A DNA stretch of 64,000 nt from an uncultured Gammaproteobacteria bacterium (GTDB lineage Bacteria > Patescibacteriota > Patescibacteriia > UBA9934), in contig CAYVLY010000001.1 in assembly GCA_964452565.1 (NCBI GenBank), positions 643,053-707,052 on the forward strand, in the 5' to 3' direction. The notes below the pieces were generated by a model, which saw only the letters and a list, made by a program, of their open reading frames with translations, was not told where the DNA came from and did not search any database. Positions 9,415 through 19,226 of the stretch are shown one piece after another; position 1 is the first letter of the stretch; each line of letters starts with the position of its first letter. The translations under genes and the position numbers were made by a program.

Positions 9415-10698
9415 ATGTCATATACGACACAAACAGATAAAAACAAGGTTACTTTTACCATCACCATTCCGGCAGAAGAAGTTAAGGCAGCAATGAAAGA
9501 AGCTGCAACGCGGATAGGTGAGAGCTCAGATATTAAAGGATTCCGTCCCGGAAAAGCTGACTATGCTACGATCGAAAAGCGAGTTGGTGAAATGAAAATT
9601 CTTGAAGAGGCTACTGAAGGACTGGTTCGAGAGGCCTTCATGAAAGCATTGCTCGAAGAGAAAATCGAAAGTGTTGGTCAGCCATACTTTAACATGAACA
9701 AAATGGCTCCAGGAAATGATATGGAGTTTACTGCTGAAGTGTCGCTCATGCCAAAGATCCAAAAGCTTGCTGACTACAACAAACTTTCTGTGAAGAAAGG
9801 GGATGCGACTCCAAAGCAGGAGCTTATTGATCAATCAAAGAAAGATCTTGCAAGCATGCAAACAAAAGAAGTTCGCGCAAAGGCCGGATATGAACTCAAG
9901 CAAGGCGACAAGGCAGTTGTAAATCTTACAATGAAGAAAGATGGAGTTGTGGTTGAGGGTGGCGAAGGTCAGAATCACGGGATCTACACTACTGAGAGCT
10001 ACTATGTTGAGGGGTTTATCGACAAAATTATCGGAATGAAGGAAGGTGACTCCAGGTCATTTACTCTAAAATTCCCTAAAGAACATTATCAAAAGCATCT
10101 AGCCGGTCAGGACATTGAGTTCACTGTTGAGATGAAGGAGATCTTTGAACTTGACACTCCAGAGTTTGACGACAAGTTCGCGCAAGCGCTTGGAATGAAG
10201 GATATAAAGGAGCTCGAAGAAAAGCTTATTGAAAACCTTACAAAAGAAAACGAAATGGAAGAGGCTCGACGACAAGAAAAGGAGATGCTTGAGATGATTG
10301 CAGACAAATCTAAGTTCGATGACATCCCTGACATCCTTGTTAACCAAGAGGTTGAAAAAATGATCCATGAGATGCAGCAATCTATCTCACAACGTGGGAT
10401 GAAGCTTGAAGAGTACTTGCAGTCAATTGGAAAGACGATGGCAGATATGAAGCTCGATTTTGCACCAAATGCACTCACTCGAGTAAAAGTCTCTCTCATC
10501 TTGCGGGAGATCGCGAAGAACGAAGCTGTAAAGATCGACGCAAAAGAACTTGATTCAGAAATCGAAAAGGTTGCAAAGCAATACGAGGACAAAGAACAAA
10601 AAAAATACATCCAATCACCACAGTATCGGGACTTTGTGGAGATGCAGATGAAGAATAAAAAGGTTATTGACCTACTTCGATCAAAGATAGTTAAGTAA
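9415..10698 (+). CDS. tig: Trigger factor
   Basis: N-terminal GFRPGKA ribosome-binding motif, an FKBP-like middle domain, and typical length. Confidence 0.85.
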   Translation: MSYTTQTDKNKVTFTITIPAEEVKAAMKEAATRIGESSDIKGFRPGKADYATIEKRVGEMKILEEATEGLVREAFMKALLEEKIESVGQPYFNMNKMAPGNDMEFTAEVSLMPKIQKLADYNKLSVKKGDATPKQELIDQSKKDLASMQTKEVRAKAGYELKQGDKAVVNLTMKKDGVVVEGGEGQNHGIYTTESYYVEGFIDKIIGMKEGDSRSFTLKFPKEHYQKHLAGQDIEFTVEMKEIFELDTPEFDDKFAQALGMKDIKELEEKLIENLTKENEMEEARRQEKEMLEMIADKSKFDDIPDILVNQEVEKMIHEMQQSISQRGMKLEEYLQSIGKTMADMKLDFAPNALTRVKVSLILREIAKNEAVKIDAKELDSEIEKVAKQYEDKEQKKYIQSPQYRDFVEMQMKNKKVIDLLRSKIVK

Positions 10699-10716
10699 AA
10701 CCAATACAAAACAACA

Positions 10717-10744
10717 AAGAACCGCCTTCGGGCGGTTCTTTTGA
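10717..10744 (+). terminator. Intrinsic terminator after tig
   Basis: Hairpin gaaccgccttcgggcggttc followed by a T-run. Confidence 0.7.
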
Positions 10745-10833
10745 TATTGACAAAAAGGCGATAATACGGTATGTTCGAGGGTACCTTCAACCCCAGCCAC
10801 CAACCCCAAATGCAGCAATGCTGAAAGGACTGC

Positions 10834-11280
10834 ATGGATTCCTACACCCGCAGAGTAACCCTCAAATGGATTGCCATTATAGTTGGTGCCCTAGCTCTCC
10901 TGATCATCCCGTCATACATCGGGAGTCTCAAGGGGGAGCAGAACACCTGGCACCACCTTTCAACCACCTACCAACGCCATGATATGGAAGGATGCAGGCC
11001 CTGTGACGGTTCGGCACAAGAGTGCTGGCAACGAGCGAAGCTCAACGACTGCGAGAGCACGGAGAACAAGCAACTGTGCCAAAAGCGGAACAATGATGTG
11101 GACCCCTGCGTCAAGCACATCCATGGCTTTGCTGCGGCATACATCTACCAAAACGGAGATACGGCCATCCTCGTCATCGAACATCCTGAAAGGCGCTTGG
11201 GTCTTGCCCTGGCCCTTGCCAACCAGTTTGGCCTCGGCCCCACACGGGGCGAGTGCATCGACCGCAGGAGGGCCCAATGA
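10834..11280 (+). CDS. Hypothetical Cys-rich membrane-anchored protein in a GC-rich islet
   Basis: The ORF has clearly elevated GC compared with tig upstream. It has an N-terminal TM segment and no recognised domain. Confidence 0.35.
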   Translation: MDSYTRRVTLKWIAIIVGALALLIIPSYIGSLKGEQNTWHHLSTTYQRHDMEGCRPCDGSAQECWQRAKLNDCESTENKQLCQKRNNDVDPCVKHIHGFAAAYIYQNGDTAILVIEHPERRLGLALALANQFGLGPTRGECIDRRRAQ

Positions 11281-11711
11281 AGAACCGGGTTCGCAAACAA
11301 GACAATGTTCACCGGATCATCATCTCGTGGATGGTGCTCTGTCTCTACCTCGCCTTCTGCTCTGCGCTCAAAATGGCCACAGAACAGGTGGCTGAGCAGC
11401 GAACCAGGGCAAGGATCACGAAGTGCTTCGAGATGGCCTCGTCGTACGAAACATACCAGGCTCAGGAGAAAGCCCCTGGTATCAACTGCGGTTGGGGCAC
11501 CACCCTGCGCAAGAACGAAAGCGGCGCCATTGTGATCACAATGGACCAACGCATCGACTGGTACCGCATCCCGGGAAGCCAGCACATCGAGAAGATCAAA
11601 GACAACCCCTGGCTCCTCCTCTACCCAATTACCCGGGTGCTGGATCAAGCCTTTCCCGTGATGGACGAAGAGGGGTCTGCAGGCCAAGAAAACGGAGGCT
11701 TGCAAAAATAG
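11253..11711 (+). CDS. Hypothetical protein in a GC-rich islet
   Basis: GC-rich ORF that overlaps the previous one. It is followed by the hairpin gcctgaacgccttgccgcacctgcggtcaggc and a T-run. Confidence 0.35.
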   Translation: MHRPQEGPMKNRVRKQDNVHRIIISWMVLCLYLAFCSALKMATEQVAEQRTRARITKCFEMASSYETYQAQEKAPGINCGWGTTLRKNESGAIVITMDQRIDWYRIPGSQHIEKIKDNPWLLLYPITRVLDQAFPVMDEEGSAGQENGGLQK

Positions 11712-11780
11712 CATGGCGCTAAGTTCGACAGCCCATGCCTGAACGCCTTGCCGCACCTGCGGTCAGGCGTCATTCTTTTT

Positions 11781-12461
11781 TTATTCAAGCTTCGCTCCGG
11801 TTGATTCGCGCACTTCGCGGGCTTTTTGTTCAATTTCCAGCTCGCGAACAATGTAATCGCGATACTGATCGTATAAAATCTTCAAGCTTTGAAATTCCTG
11901 CTCGCGCTCTAGGATTTTCTTGTGTTGCATCTGAAAGGTCTCGATAAAATCCTTACGCCCTCGATCCCGATACTGCTCAATCGAGTAGTAGATGTATCCC
12001 ATGCGCTCAACAGCGTCGAAAAAACGACCCTCAACCGAATCCTCACCAACGATCTGATATGCACTCATGAACTTGTCGCGAACCGGTAAGGGTAGTTCCT
12101 TCATCAAACCTGTAGCTTGTTCGCGCTCAATCTCGTCAAGCATGGTCTTCACGCGTTCGTCTTGCTTAACAGCATAGCGGACATCACCAATACGACCCTC
12201 GCCAATGTCGTGCAGCAGTGCTGTAAGTAACAGCTGCTCACCATCAAGCTTTCTAAGTAAATTTCCCTGCTCCTCTTCAATCGCCAACATAGCAGCGGTT
12301 AGTGTGACTGCTCGAAATGTATGCTCAAGCACACTCTCACGCTCATGACGAGGAAGAGAGGGGAAGTGGGTCCATCTGTGGACCTGTGAGATCATTTCTG
12401 GCGTTTGGGTGAGTAGATGTCCCAGGGCTTCAATGGGTTGCATATGAACCCAGGTTCGCAC
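11781..12461 (-). CDS. HD-domain phosphohydrolase (YfbR-like)
   Basis: HD motif region LLHDIGEGRIGDV and a conserved His near the N-terminus. Confidence 0.65.
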   Translation of the reverse strand: MRTWVHMQPIEALGHLLTQTPEMISQVHRWTHFPSLPRHERESVLEHTFRAVTLTAAMLAIEEEQGNLLRKLDGEQLLLTALLHDIGEGRIGDVRYAVKQDERVKTMLDEIEREQATGLMKELPLPVRDKFMSAYQIVGEDSVEGRFFDAVERMGYIYYSIEQYRDRGRKDFIETFQMQHKKILEREQEFQSLKILYDQYRDYIVRELEIEQKAREVRESTGAKLE

Positions 12462-12557
12462 GACAAGCTATCAACGTCAAGTTTGAAGAGATCTGATCCA
12501 GATTGGTATAATTAAGACACAAGCAGGAGGAACTTCCTGTGTTTTTTAATCAAAAAT

Positions 12558-13571
12558 ATGCAAGTAATAGCTACCATTTGGAAAGATCCATACTATTTTG
12601 ACCGAAACCAAGCCATGATCGAAGCTGGGGTCGATGCTTTTCGCATTAAATGCTCACACTGGGGTGCTGATAAGATCTCTGAGGCGCTTGTTAAAGCCCG
12701 TGAGCAGATCAATCAATCGGGTCGAAACGTAATGCTGCTTGCGGATCTCCCCGAGGCAAAGCTCAGACTTGGTAAATTCCCTCAAAACAAAATCGAAACG
12801 CACGCAGGGCAGGAGTTTCGATTCCTACATGGCCCAGAAAGCTCTGACCCTCATGCATACATCCCGTTCCAAACTGAAAATCTTGCAGATCACTTACGTG
12901 TTGGTGAACAATTCTACATTCAAGATGGTCAGATGAGCTTTGAGGTGACCGCGATACACAGCCCAAACGAGTTTATTGCCAAAACATGCCACGCTGGTGA
13001 GATTGTACAAAAAACAGGCATGGCAATTCCGCGTGCGCTGGATCGATTGGATCATGTAGTCCCGCTTATCGACGATATTATTGAACACTTACCAAAGAGC
13101 AGGCCTGACCTTGTTGCCTTTTCATTTGTTAAATCGCGGGCAATGCTTGAACAGCTTCTTTCAAAGCTTGAAAAGCACACGACGCCTGACTGGAACCCCC
13201 GCGTCATAGCTAAAATCGAATCAAAGGAGGGGGTTGAAAATATCGACGAGATTCTCGAGCTCGTTCACGGCATTATGGTGGCCCGTGGGGACATGGCGCT
13301 TACCATGCCGTATGAATATGTTGGGTTGATTCAGAAAAAGTTGGTCGCAAAATCACGCGCAAAGGGTAAGTATTCGATTGTTGCTACCGGCGCGCTTACT
13401 TCAATGCTCTCACAAAACATTCCGCAACGCTCTGACATACTTGATGTGACCAATGCAGCGCTCGACGGCGCATCAGCCATCATGCTTTGCAACGAAACCG
13501 CTCACAGCGAACACCCAGAACGCTCTGTGACAGCCGTAAAGCGCATCATCCGCGCGGTTGAGGTATACTAA
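12558..13571 (+). CDS. Pyruvate-kinase-family protein. It has the barrel domain only and lacks the C-terminal regulatory domain.
   Basis: Pyruvate-kinase active-site region IMVARGDMAL, IAKIESKEGVENIDEI, and MLCNETAHSEHP, which resembles MLSGETA. Confidence 0.6.
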   Translation: MQVIATIWKDPYYFDRNQAMIEAGVDAFRIKCSHWGADKISEALVKAREQINQSGRNVMLLADLPEAKLRLGKFPQNKIETHAGQEFRFLHGPESSDPHAYIPFQTENLADHLRVGEQFYIQDGQMSFEVTAIHSPNEFIAKTCHAGEIVQKTGMAIPRALDRLDHVVPLIDDIIEHLPKSRPDLVAFSFVKSRAMLEQLLSKLEKHTTPDWNPRVIAKIESKEGVENIDEILELVHGIMVARGDMALTMPYEYVGLIQKKLVAKSRAKGKYSIVATGALTSMLSQNIPQRSDILDVTNAALDGASAIMLCNETAHSEHPERSVTAVKRIIRAVEVY

Positions 13572-13589
13572 GGACAACAACAATCACAT

Positions 13590-14363
13590 ATGTCAGAACT
13601 CATTATCCTAAAAGACTTGATCGTTAATGCGGGCGACAAGCTCAACAAGTTAACTCCAACACTCAGGCGCGGCGATGTCTCACATAAAAAGCTTGGCGAG
13701 ACTGTTACCAGGTTGGACAAAGAGATCAATAAGTACATCATCGATCAACTTCAAAATCAATTCCCAGATGATGACATTGTTAACGAAGAATCAGAGATGG
13801 TTGATGGAAATGGTACAAAAAGAAAGTGGTATGTTGACCCAATTGATGGCACAAACAACTTTGTGCACCATCTGCCATTTTATGCGATATCTATTGGCTT
13901 GAGAGACGAGGGTGGTTGGGCTCTTGGCGCTGTATATGATCCGCTTCGGAAGGATCTCTATTGGGCAGAGCGTGGAAAGGGCGCGCACTTGGGCGATAAG
14001 CAGATATCAGTCTCAAAGATAAAAACTCTTGAGGAAGCCATGGTATTTGAGGGTCATGGATATGGGGAAGAAATGCGCAACCAACACGCGCCAGTTATAA
14101 ATTCGATAAATTTAGAAATCCCTATGCGCCGCGATCTTGGTTCGGCCGCACTTATGGTGTGCTATGTGGCAGAAGGGAAGGGCGATGGGTTTATTGTTAC
14201 AGGAGTAAAATCCTGGGACTGCGCTGCGGCAGCACTTATTCTTGAAGAGGCTGGAGGAAAAGTAACAAACTATGCGGGCAATGCATGGGCGCCGGAAGAT
14301 CACACAATAATCGCATCAAACTCATTGCTGCATGATAAGCTTCTAAAGCTTACACGCACATGA
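13590..14363 (+). CDS. Inositol monophosphatase-family phosphatase (SuhB-like)
   Basis: WYVDPIDGTNNFVHHLP motif and a C-terminal WDCAAAALILEEAGG motif. Confidence 0.8.
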   Translation: MSELIILKDLIVNAGDKLNKLTPTLRRGDVSHKKLGETVTRLDKEINKYIIDQLQNQFPDDDIVNEESEMVDGNGTKRKWYVDPIDGTNNFVHHLPFYAISIGLRDEGGWALGAVYDPLRKDLYWAERGKGAHLGDKQISVSKIKTLEEAMVFEGHGYGEEMRNQHAPVINSINLEIPMRRDLGSAALMVCYVAEGKGDGFIVTGVKSWDCAAAALILEEAGGKVTNYAGNAWAPEDHTIIASNSLLHDKLLKLTRT

Positions 14364-14608
14364 TCCTTACTGTTCACATAAAACCAAATGCAAAAAAGGA
14401 CCAGGTGAAAGCCTGGCTTGATTCTGGGACTGTAAAAATCGACATTGCAGCGCCAGAGGTTGACAACAAGGCCAACAGGGCGCTTATCGAATTCCTTTCG
14501 AAAAACTTGGGGGCAGCTAAAAGCCTCATAACTATAAAACGCGGACACTCAAGCCGCGTTAAACATATTGAACTTCCAGATTCGGTTGATCTAAGTCTGA
14601 TCAAATAA
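14360..14608 (+). CDS. DUF167/YggU-family protein
   Basis: YggU-like sequence of about 80 aa, VKIDIAAPEVDNKANRALIEFLSK. Confidence 0.65.
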   Translation: MILTVHIKPNAKKDQVKAWLDSGTVKIDIAAPEVDNKANRALIEFLSKNLGAAKSLITIKRGHSSRVKHIELPDSVDLSLIK

Positions 14609-14713
14609 CAAACTTTCCATCCCGAGCGCCAGCCGAGGGATCTCACGAAACTAGATTCAAGAGATCTTTCGACTCCCTCTGGTCGCTCAAGATGGGGGGG
14701 TGCAATTCGACAA

Positions 14714-14965
14714 CTAGGGTTTATCAACCCCACCATCATTCCAAGGGTTGCATCTCAGTATTCGATAACCACCCTTCAAACACCCCCACACAACCCCATA
14801 CTTCAAGATCGCGCGCTTCGAGTACTCAGAACAGGTTGGGTGGAAGCGACAATATCCATGCGGAAACAATACCCTCATCGGACCATGGTCAAACGAGAGG
14901 GTTTTTTGATATGCAATTATTGGCCAGGTGGCCAGAGTGCGCCAATATCGAATTAGTCTTGCCAT
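14714..14965 (-). CDS. yidD: Membrane protein insertion efficiency factor YidD
   Basis: [19 protein letters not shown] motif. It lies next to rnpA, as is typical. Confidence 0.8.
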   Translation of the reverse strand: MARLIRYWRTLATWPIIAYQKTLSFDHGPMRVLFPHGYCRFHPTCSEYSKRAILKYGVVWGCLKGGYRILRCNPWNDGGVDKP

Positions 14966-15297
14966 AGTTCAGCTTTTCGAAGTACCGCGAGGAGTAGCTC
15001 TTCTTTTTGCGCATATGTAAGCTCAAGCGACTTCGCTGATGTTAACAACACTACATCAAAGCCCGACTTAATCGAATCAAGGTGCAGTCGAATGATTTCC
15101 CTATACTGCCGCTTCACGCGGTTTCGCTTAACCGCACTCTTGTGAACCTTTGTCCCGACCACAATCGCGAATCGTGACTCGTCTCGATTGTTCTTCAAAA
15201 ACTTAATACCACAGACTGGATCAAAAACACTCTTACCGGTCTTAACCGTATTCTGAACCTCTAATTTTCTCTTTAATCGATTCTTTTGCTTGAACAT
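14953..15297 (-). CDS. rnpA: RNase P protein component
   Basis: Basic protein of about 114 aa with [22 protein letters not shown]. It is in the rpmH-rnpA-yidD neighbourhood. Confidence 0.8.
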   Translation of the reverse strand: MFKQKNRLKRKLEVQNTVKTGKSVFDPVCGIKFLKNNRDESRFAIVVGTKVHKSAVKRNRVKRQYREIIRLHLDSIKSGFDVVLLTSAKSLELTYAQKEELLLAVLRKAELWQD

Positions 15298-15299
15298 AA

Positions 15300-15704
15300 T
15301 TAAGTCAAATCAGTAAATGGATTCATAGCCACCTCCCAAAGATGACCATCTAAATCTTGAAAATAGCCTGAATACCCGCCCCAAAATACATCCTGTGGCT
15401 CTTTTACGATTTTAGCGCCCAGTGTACGAGCCTCATCGATAACACGATCAACGTCTACCTTAGTTGGTTCAAGATGCGCCAGTGCTACACCTCGAAACCC
15501 CTCACCAAACTGATCTACGGCAGCATCCTGAGCTAATTTATCCCACGGAAAAAGCCCAAGCCAAGATCCGTCAGCTTTAAACATAACCATCTCCATATTA
15601 TCCTCATCGTTTCCGTGAACTTGAAATCCAAGCCCCTGGTAAAAAGCTTTTGCCTTGCGTAAATCTTGAACACCCAATGTTATTAGTCCGATTTTTGACT
15701 TCAT
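15300..15704 (-). CDS. Glyoxalase/VOC-family protein
   Basis: VOC fold size and pattern (GLGFQVHGN...WLGLF...HLWEV). Confidence 0.6.
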   Translation of the reverse strand: MKSKIGLITLGVQDLRKAKAFYQGLGFQVHGNDEDNMEMVMFKADGSWLGLFPWDKLAQDAAVDQFGEGFRGVALAHLEPTKVDVDRVIDEARTLGAKIVKEPQDVFWGGYSGYFQDLDGHLWEVAMNPFTDLT

Positions 15705-15753
15705 ATATGCTTAGTATAAAAGAAAATAGATCGCATTGCACGATCTATTGTCT

Positions 15754-15906
15754 TTAAGCCATGCGGGCTGCGACTGTAAGTCGCTTTCTGCCCCTGGCCC
15801 TGCGGCGCTTTAGTACTGCGCGTCCGGGCTTCGTTTGCATTCGCTTACGAAATCCGTGTTTACGAGCACGGCGCCGCTTTTTTGGTTGGTATGTCCTCTT
15901 TGGCAT
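15754..15906 (-). CDS. rpmH: 50S ribosomal protein L34
   Basis: The sequence [23 protein letters not shown]...GRKRLTV matches the L34 consensus. The annotated ORF is longer, and the internal Met is the likely true start. Confidence 0.85.
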   Translation of the reverse strand: MPKRTYQPKKRRRARKHGFRKRMQTKPGRAVLKRRRARGRKRLTVAARMA

Positions 15907-16342
15907 ATGTGCTCTTAAGGCAATTCTGGTAAAAATCGCGATCTGTTGGCTCACGCCTGTGGTGTTCGACGCCGTACGTTCCAGTACGACTTACTTCGCT
16001 CCTCGCCGTGCACCAACATCTCATCGATTTTTCCCAACAATTGCATTTATTAATCCAAAGTGCCGAAACTATACAATTTAAACGGTTTTTTGTCAAGAAT
16101 CGGGGATAAACCCAGACTTTCACACACACTATCCACATTCTTTTCACATTTTGTACTATTTATTGCCACTTGCGACCTGTGGATATCTGATATATTATTC
16201 ACAGCGTCGACTGTGAGATATATTAATCCAGGTCTTTGCAAAATTCTATGAAATGTTGGTGCACGGGATGGCAGCCTTTGAGGCGTACTAGAACGTACGG
16301 TGAAAAGATGCCAGGGACCCATAAGCCAACAGGTCGTGAATT

Positions 16343-17779
16343 TTGCAGAGATCTGTTATTACCCCCATTGCTATGAACACCCACGAACTATGGCAGGCCA
16401 CTTTAGGCGAGCTTGAGCTAAAGCTCAGCAAAGCTCACTTTACTACGTGGTTTAGAAACACCTTTATTGTTGATTATGAAAATCACCAGGTGGTTGTGGG
16501 GGTTCCAAATACATTTACAAAAGCGTGGCTTGAGAAAAAGTATCACAAGGACATCTTAAATGCGCTTCAAAACATTACAGAACAGCCTTTGAAAGGACTG
16601 GGGTATCAAGTTGAAACACGCCCATCCGAACCAAAGGCTATTGTTTTTGAAACAGAGAAGCAAGTAACTGACGCTCCTGAACCACAACAGGCATACGAGG
16701 TTGCCGAAAGCCTTGGGTTCACAACTGCCGGTCAGGAAAGTGGCGGAACTAGGCCATCCTCACTCAATAAAAACTATACTTTCAACTCTTTTGTTGTAGG
16801 AAAACAAAATGAGCTCGCCTACGCTGCAGCCCAGGCTGTTGCCGCACACCCAGGAGGTACATACAACCCCGTTTTTGTGTATGGCGACGTGGGGCTAGGA
16901 AAAACACACCTTTTGCAGGCCGTTGGACACCACATCAAAAAACAAAATCCAAACGCACGTGTCTTATATGCCAGCTGCGAGCACTTCACCAATGATTTTA
17001 TCCAGGCTGTGCGCGCAGGAAGAGCAAAGGAATTTAAGGACAGGTACCGAAACGTTGATCTATTGCTCATCGACGACATTCAGTTCATTACAGGAAAAGA
17101 AGGAACCCAGGAGGAATTCTTCCATACCTTCAATGCGCTTCACCAGGAAAACAAACAGATCGTGATTTCCTCTGACAGGCCACCAAAAGCAATCGCAGCA
17201 CTTGAAAAGCGGCTTTTGTCGCGCCTAGAGTGGGGAATGTTGGTCGATATCGGGGCCCCAGACCTTGAAACACGTATCGCAATTCTTCAAATCAAGTGCC
17301 AAAAGCGTGGAATCGATTTAGCTCGAGACATTCTGCACTATGTTGCATCAAATATCTCATCAAATGTGCGAGAACTTGAGGGTGCTCTAAATAAAATAGT
17401 CGCTTACCACCAATTTAAAAACCTTGATCCAACACTTGAGACTGTAACTCCGATCGTTGATGGATTTGATCTGAACACGATCAAGAAGACCGTGTCTCCA
17501 AAGCACATCATTCAGACAGTTGCTGAGTACTTTGACATTGATATCTCTGATGTTCTTGGAAAGAGTCGCGAAAAGCGCCTAGCGTTTCCGCGACAAATCA
17601 TTATGTTCCTACTACGAGAAGAAATGAGCATCTCTTATCCATCGATTGGTCAGGAGCTTGGTGGAAGAGACCACACAACAGCAATGCACGCCTACTCTAA
17701 GATCCAAAAAATTCTCAAAGACGACGAACAGCTAAAAAGAGACCTTGATCTAATCAAACAAAAGATGTACTCCGGATAA
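16343..17779 (+). CDS. dnaA: Chromosomal replication initiator DnaA
   Basis: AAA+ Walker A motif GDVGLGKTHLL, sensor regions, and a C-terminal DNA-binding domain. It sits in the classical rpmH...dnaA-dnaN arrangement. Confidence 0.95.
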   Translation: MQRSVITPIAMNTHELWQATLGELELKLSKAHFTTWFRNTFIVDYENHQVVVGVPNTFTKAWLEKKYHKDILNALQNITEQPLKGLGYQVETRPSEPKAIVFETEKQVTDAPEPQQAYEVAESLGFTTAGQESGGTRPSSLNKNYTFNSFVVGKQNELAYAAAQAVAAHPGGTYNPVFVYGDVGLGKTHLLQAVGHHIKKQNPNARVLYASCEHFTNDFIQAVRAGRAKEFKDRYRNVDLLLIDDIQFITGKEGTQEEFFHTFNALHQENKQIVISSDRPPKAIAALEKRLLSRLEWGMLVDIGAPDLETRIAILQIKCQKRGIDLARDILHYVASNISSNVRELEGALNKIVAYHQFKNLDPTLETVTPIVDGFDLNTIKKTVSPKHIIQTVAEYFDIDISDVLGKSREKRLAFPRQIIMFLLREEMSISYPSIGQELGGRDHTTAMHAYSKIQKILKDDEQLKRDLDLIKQKMYSG

Positions 17780-18052
17780 AATCTGTGGACGGCCTGTGCG
17801 CCTGCATTGAACAACTATGTGATTTTCTGTGCATAGAGGTGAACACGGGGTGTGCATAAATACGACACAAAACTTGTTCAAAAAACTATGCACACAGAGA
17901 ACACCAACAAACGCACAGCAAACCCCCAACTGCACACAGCAAACCCCGGCCAAAACAAAGCAAAAAACAGACTTTTGCACTTCATCCACACCCCCTACTA
18001 TTACTACTATTTATATAAATATATAAACTTAAAACAATAACCAATAAGTCCC
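17780..18052. promoter_or_regulatory. Candidate oriC in the dnaA-dnaN intergenic region. It has degenerate DnaA boxes and an AT-rich unwinding element.
   Basis: Near-consensus boxes TGTGCATAA, TGTGCATAG, TGTGGACGG and TATGCACAC, followed by the AT-rich stretch ctactattactactatttatataaatatataaactt. Confidence 0.5.
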
Positions 18053-19174
18053 ATGAAGTTATCCTGCACAAAAGAGAACCTCTGTCAGGGGCTCTCCATA
18101 ACAAGCCATATAAGCACAAAGAACGTTAACTTGCCGATACTCAACAATGTTCTACTTAGGGCTGACCAGGGAGGACTTAAACTAATTTCAACAAACCTAG
18201 AAATCGCGCTCACTTGTTCCATTAGAGGAAAGCTTGAGCAGCAAGGAGAATACACAGTGCCATCAAAGTTGTTTTATGAATTTGTTAGTCTGTTGCCAGA
18301 CGAGGTGGTAAGCGTTGACCTTCATGACACCGGACTCTTCGTGTCATGCGCCAAGGCAAAGACAACAATCAATGGGATCTCTCCGGCAGAGTTTCCACTC
18401 ATTCCGCCGGTAGAGGGGGAGGTGAAATTTGAGGTTAATGTAGCCGATCTTAGAAAGGCGCTATCACAAACACTATTTGCAACTGCCACCAACGAGGCGC
18501 GACCAGAGCTTACCGGTGTATATATGAAATTTAAGAACGGCAAGCTGACAATGGCAGCAACAGACAGCTATCGTCTATCAGAAGTTCAGATAAAAGCACC
18601 ATCAAAGGATCAGGAGTACGAGGTTATTGTGCCGCAAAGAACCCTTGCTGAGCTAAACAGGGTCTTTAGTGTGTTTAAAGACGATGTAGAGGCCTCTGAG
18701 AGCGTTACAATGGAGCTTGCGAACAACCAAGTAGTCTTCCGATATGCTTCGGTTGAGCTGATCTCAAGAACCATTGAGGGTGTGTATCCAGATTATCGAC
18801 AAATCATCCCAGGCAAGCACGAAACCAAGGTTGTAGTAAATCGGCGGGACCTGGTTCAGGCGATTAAGAGCGTTAGTTTGTTCGCAAAGCAAGGACTATA
18901 CGATATTAAGATGAGTGCTAGGCCGGGCGAGGCATTGACGTTGTTTGCACAAGATGCAACTCGAGGAAAGAACGACGTTGATCTGAAGTGCGAGGTCGAA
19001 GGGAAAGAAAATACAATGGCTCTGAATTATCGATATGTTCTAGATGGGTTAAACTCGATCAATTCAGAAAGGGTCGAAATACGGATGATCGATCCGTCCA
19101 GCCCATTTGTACTAGCACCGCATGAAGACGAGAGCGACAAGTTCATCTACATCGTAATGCCGATCAGGCAATAG
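18053..19174 (+). CDS. dnaN: DNA polymerase III beta sliding clamp
   Basis: Three-domain beta-clamp pattern of about 370 aa, immediately downstream of dnaA. Confidence 0.9.
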   Translation: MKLSCTKENLCQGLSITSHISTKNVNLPILNNVLLRADQGGLKLISTNLEIALTCSIRGKLEQQGEYTVPSKLFYEFVSLLPDEVVSVDLHDTGLFVSCAKAKTTINGISPAEFPLIPPVEGEVKFEVNVADLRKALSQTLFATATNEARPELTGVYMKFKNGKLTMAATDSYRLSEVQIKAPSKDQEYEVIVPQRTLAELNRVFSVFKDDVEASESVTMELANNQVVFRYASVELISRTIEGVYPDYRQIIPGKHETKVVVNRRDLVQAIKSVSLFAKQGLYDIKMSARPGEALTLFAQDATRGKNDVDLKCEVEGKENTMALNYRYVLDGLNSINSERVEIRMIDPSSPFVLAPHEDESDKFIYIVMPIRQ

Positions 19175-19180
19175 GAAGAA

Positions 19181-19222
19181 AAACAAAAACCACCCGCGGA
19201 CAGCGGGTGGTTTTTTTGTTTT
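19181..19222. terminator. Bidirectional intrinsic terminator between dnaN and the PBP gene
   Basis: Hairpin ccacccgcggacagcgggtgg flanked by an A-run on one side and a T-run on the other. Confidence 0.7.
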
Positions 19223-19226
19223 GTGA

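Noticed and set aside
10107-10835. 242-aa minus-strand ORF and several shorter ORFs lying antisense within tig, and similar antisense ORFs inside pnp, comM, hppA, dnaA, the PBP gene and the LTD gene
   Set aside because: They lie entirely inside well-supported genes on the opposite strand. They have low-complexity, Ser- or Phe-rich junk translations and no ribosome-binding sites. These are standard antisense artefacts.
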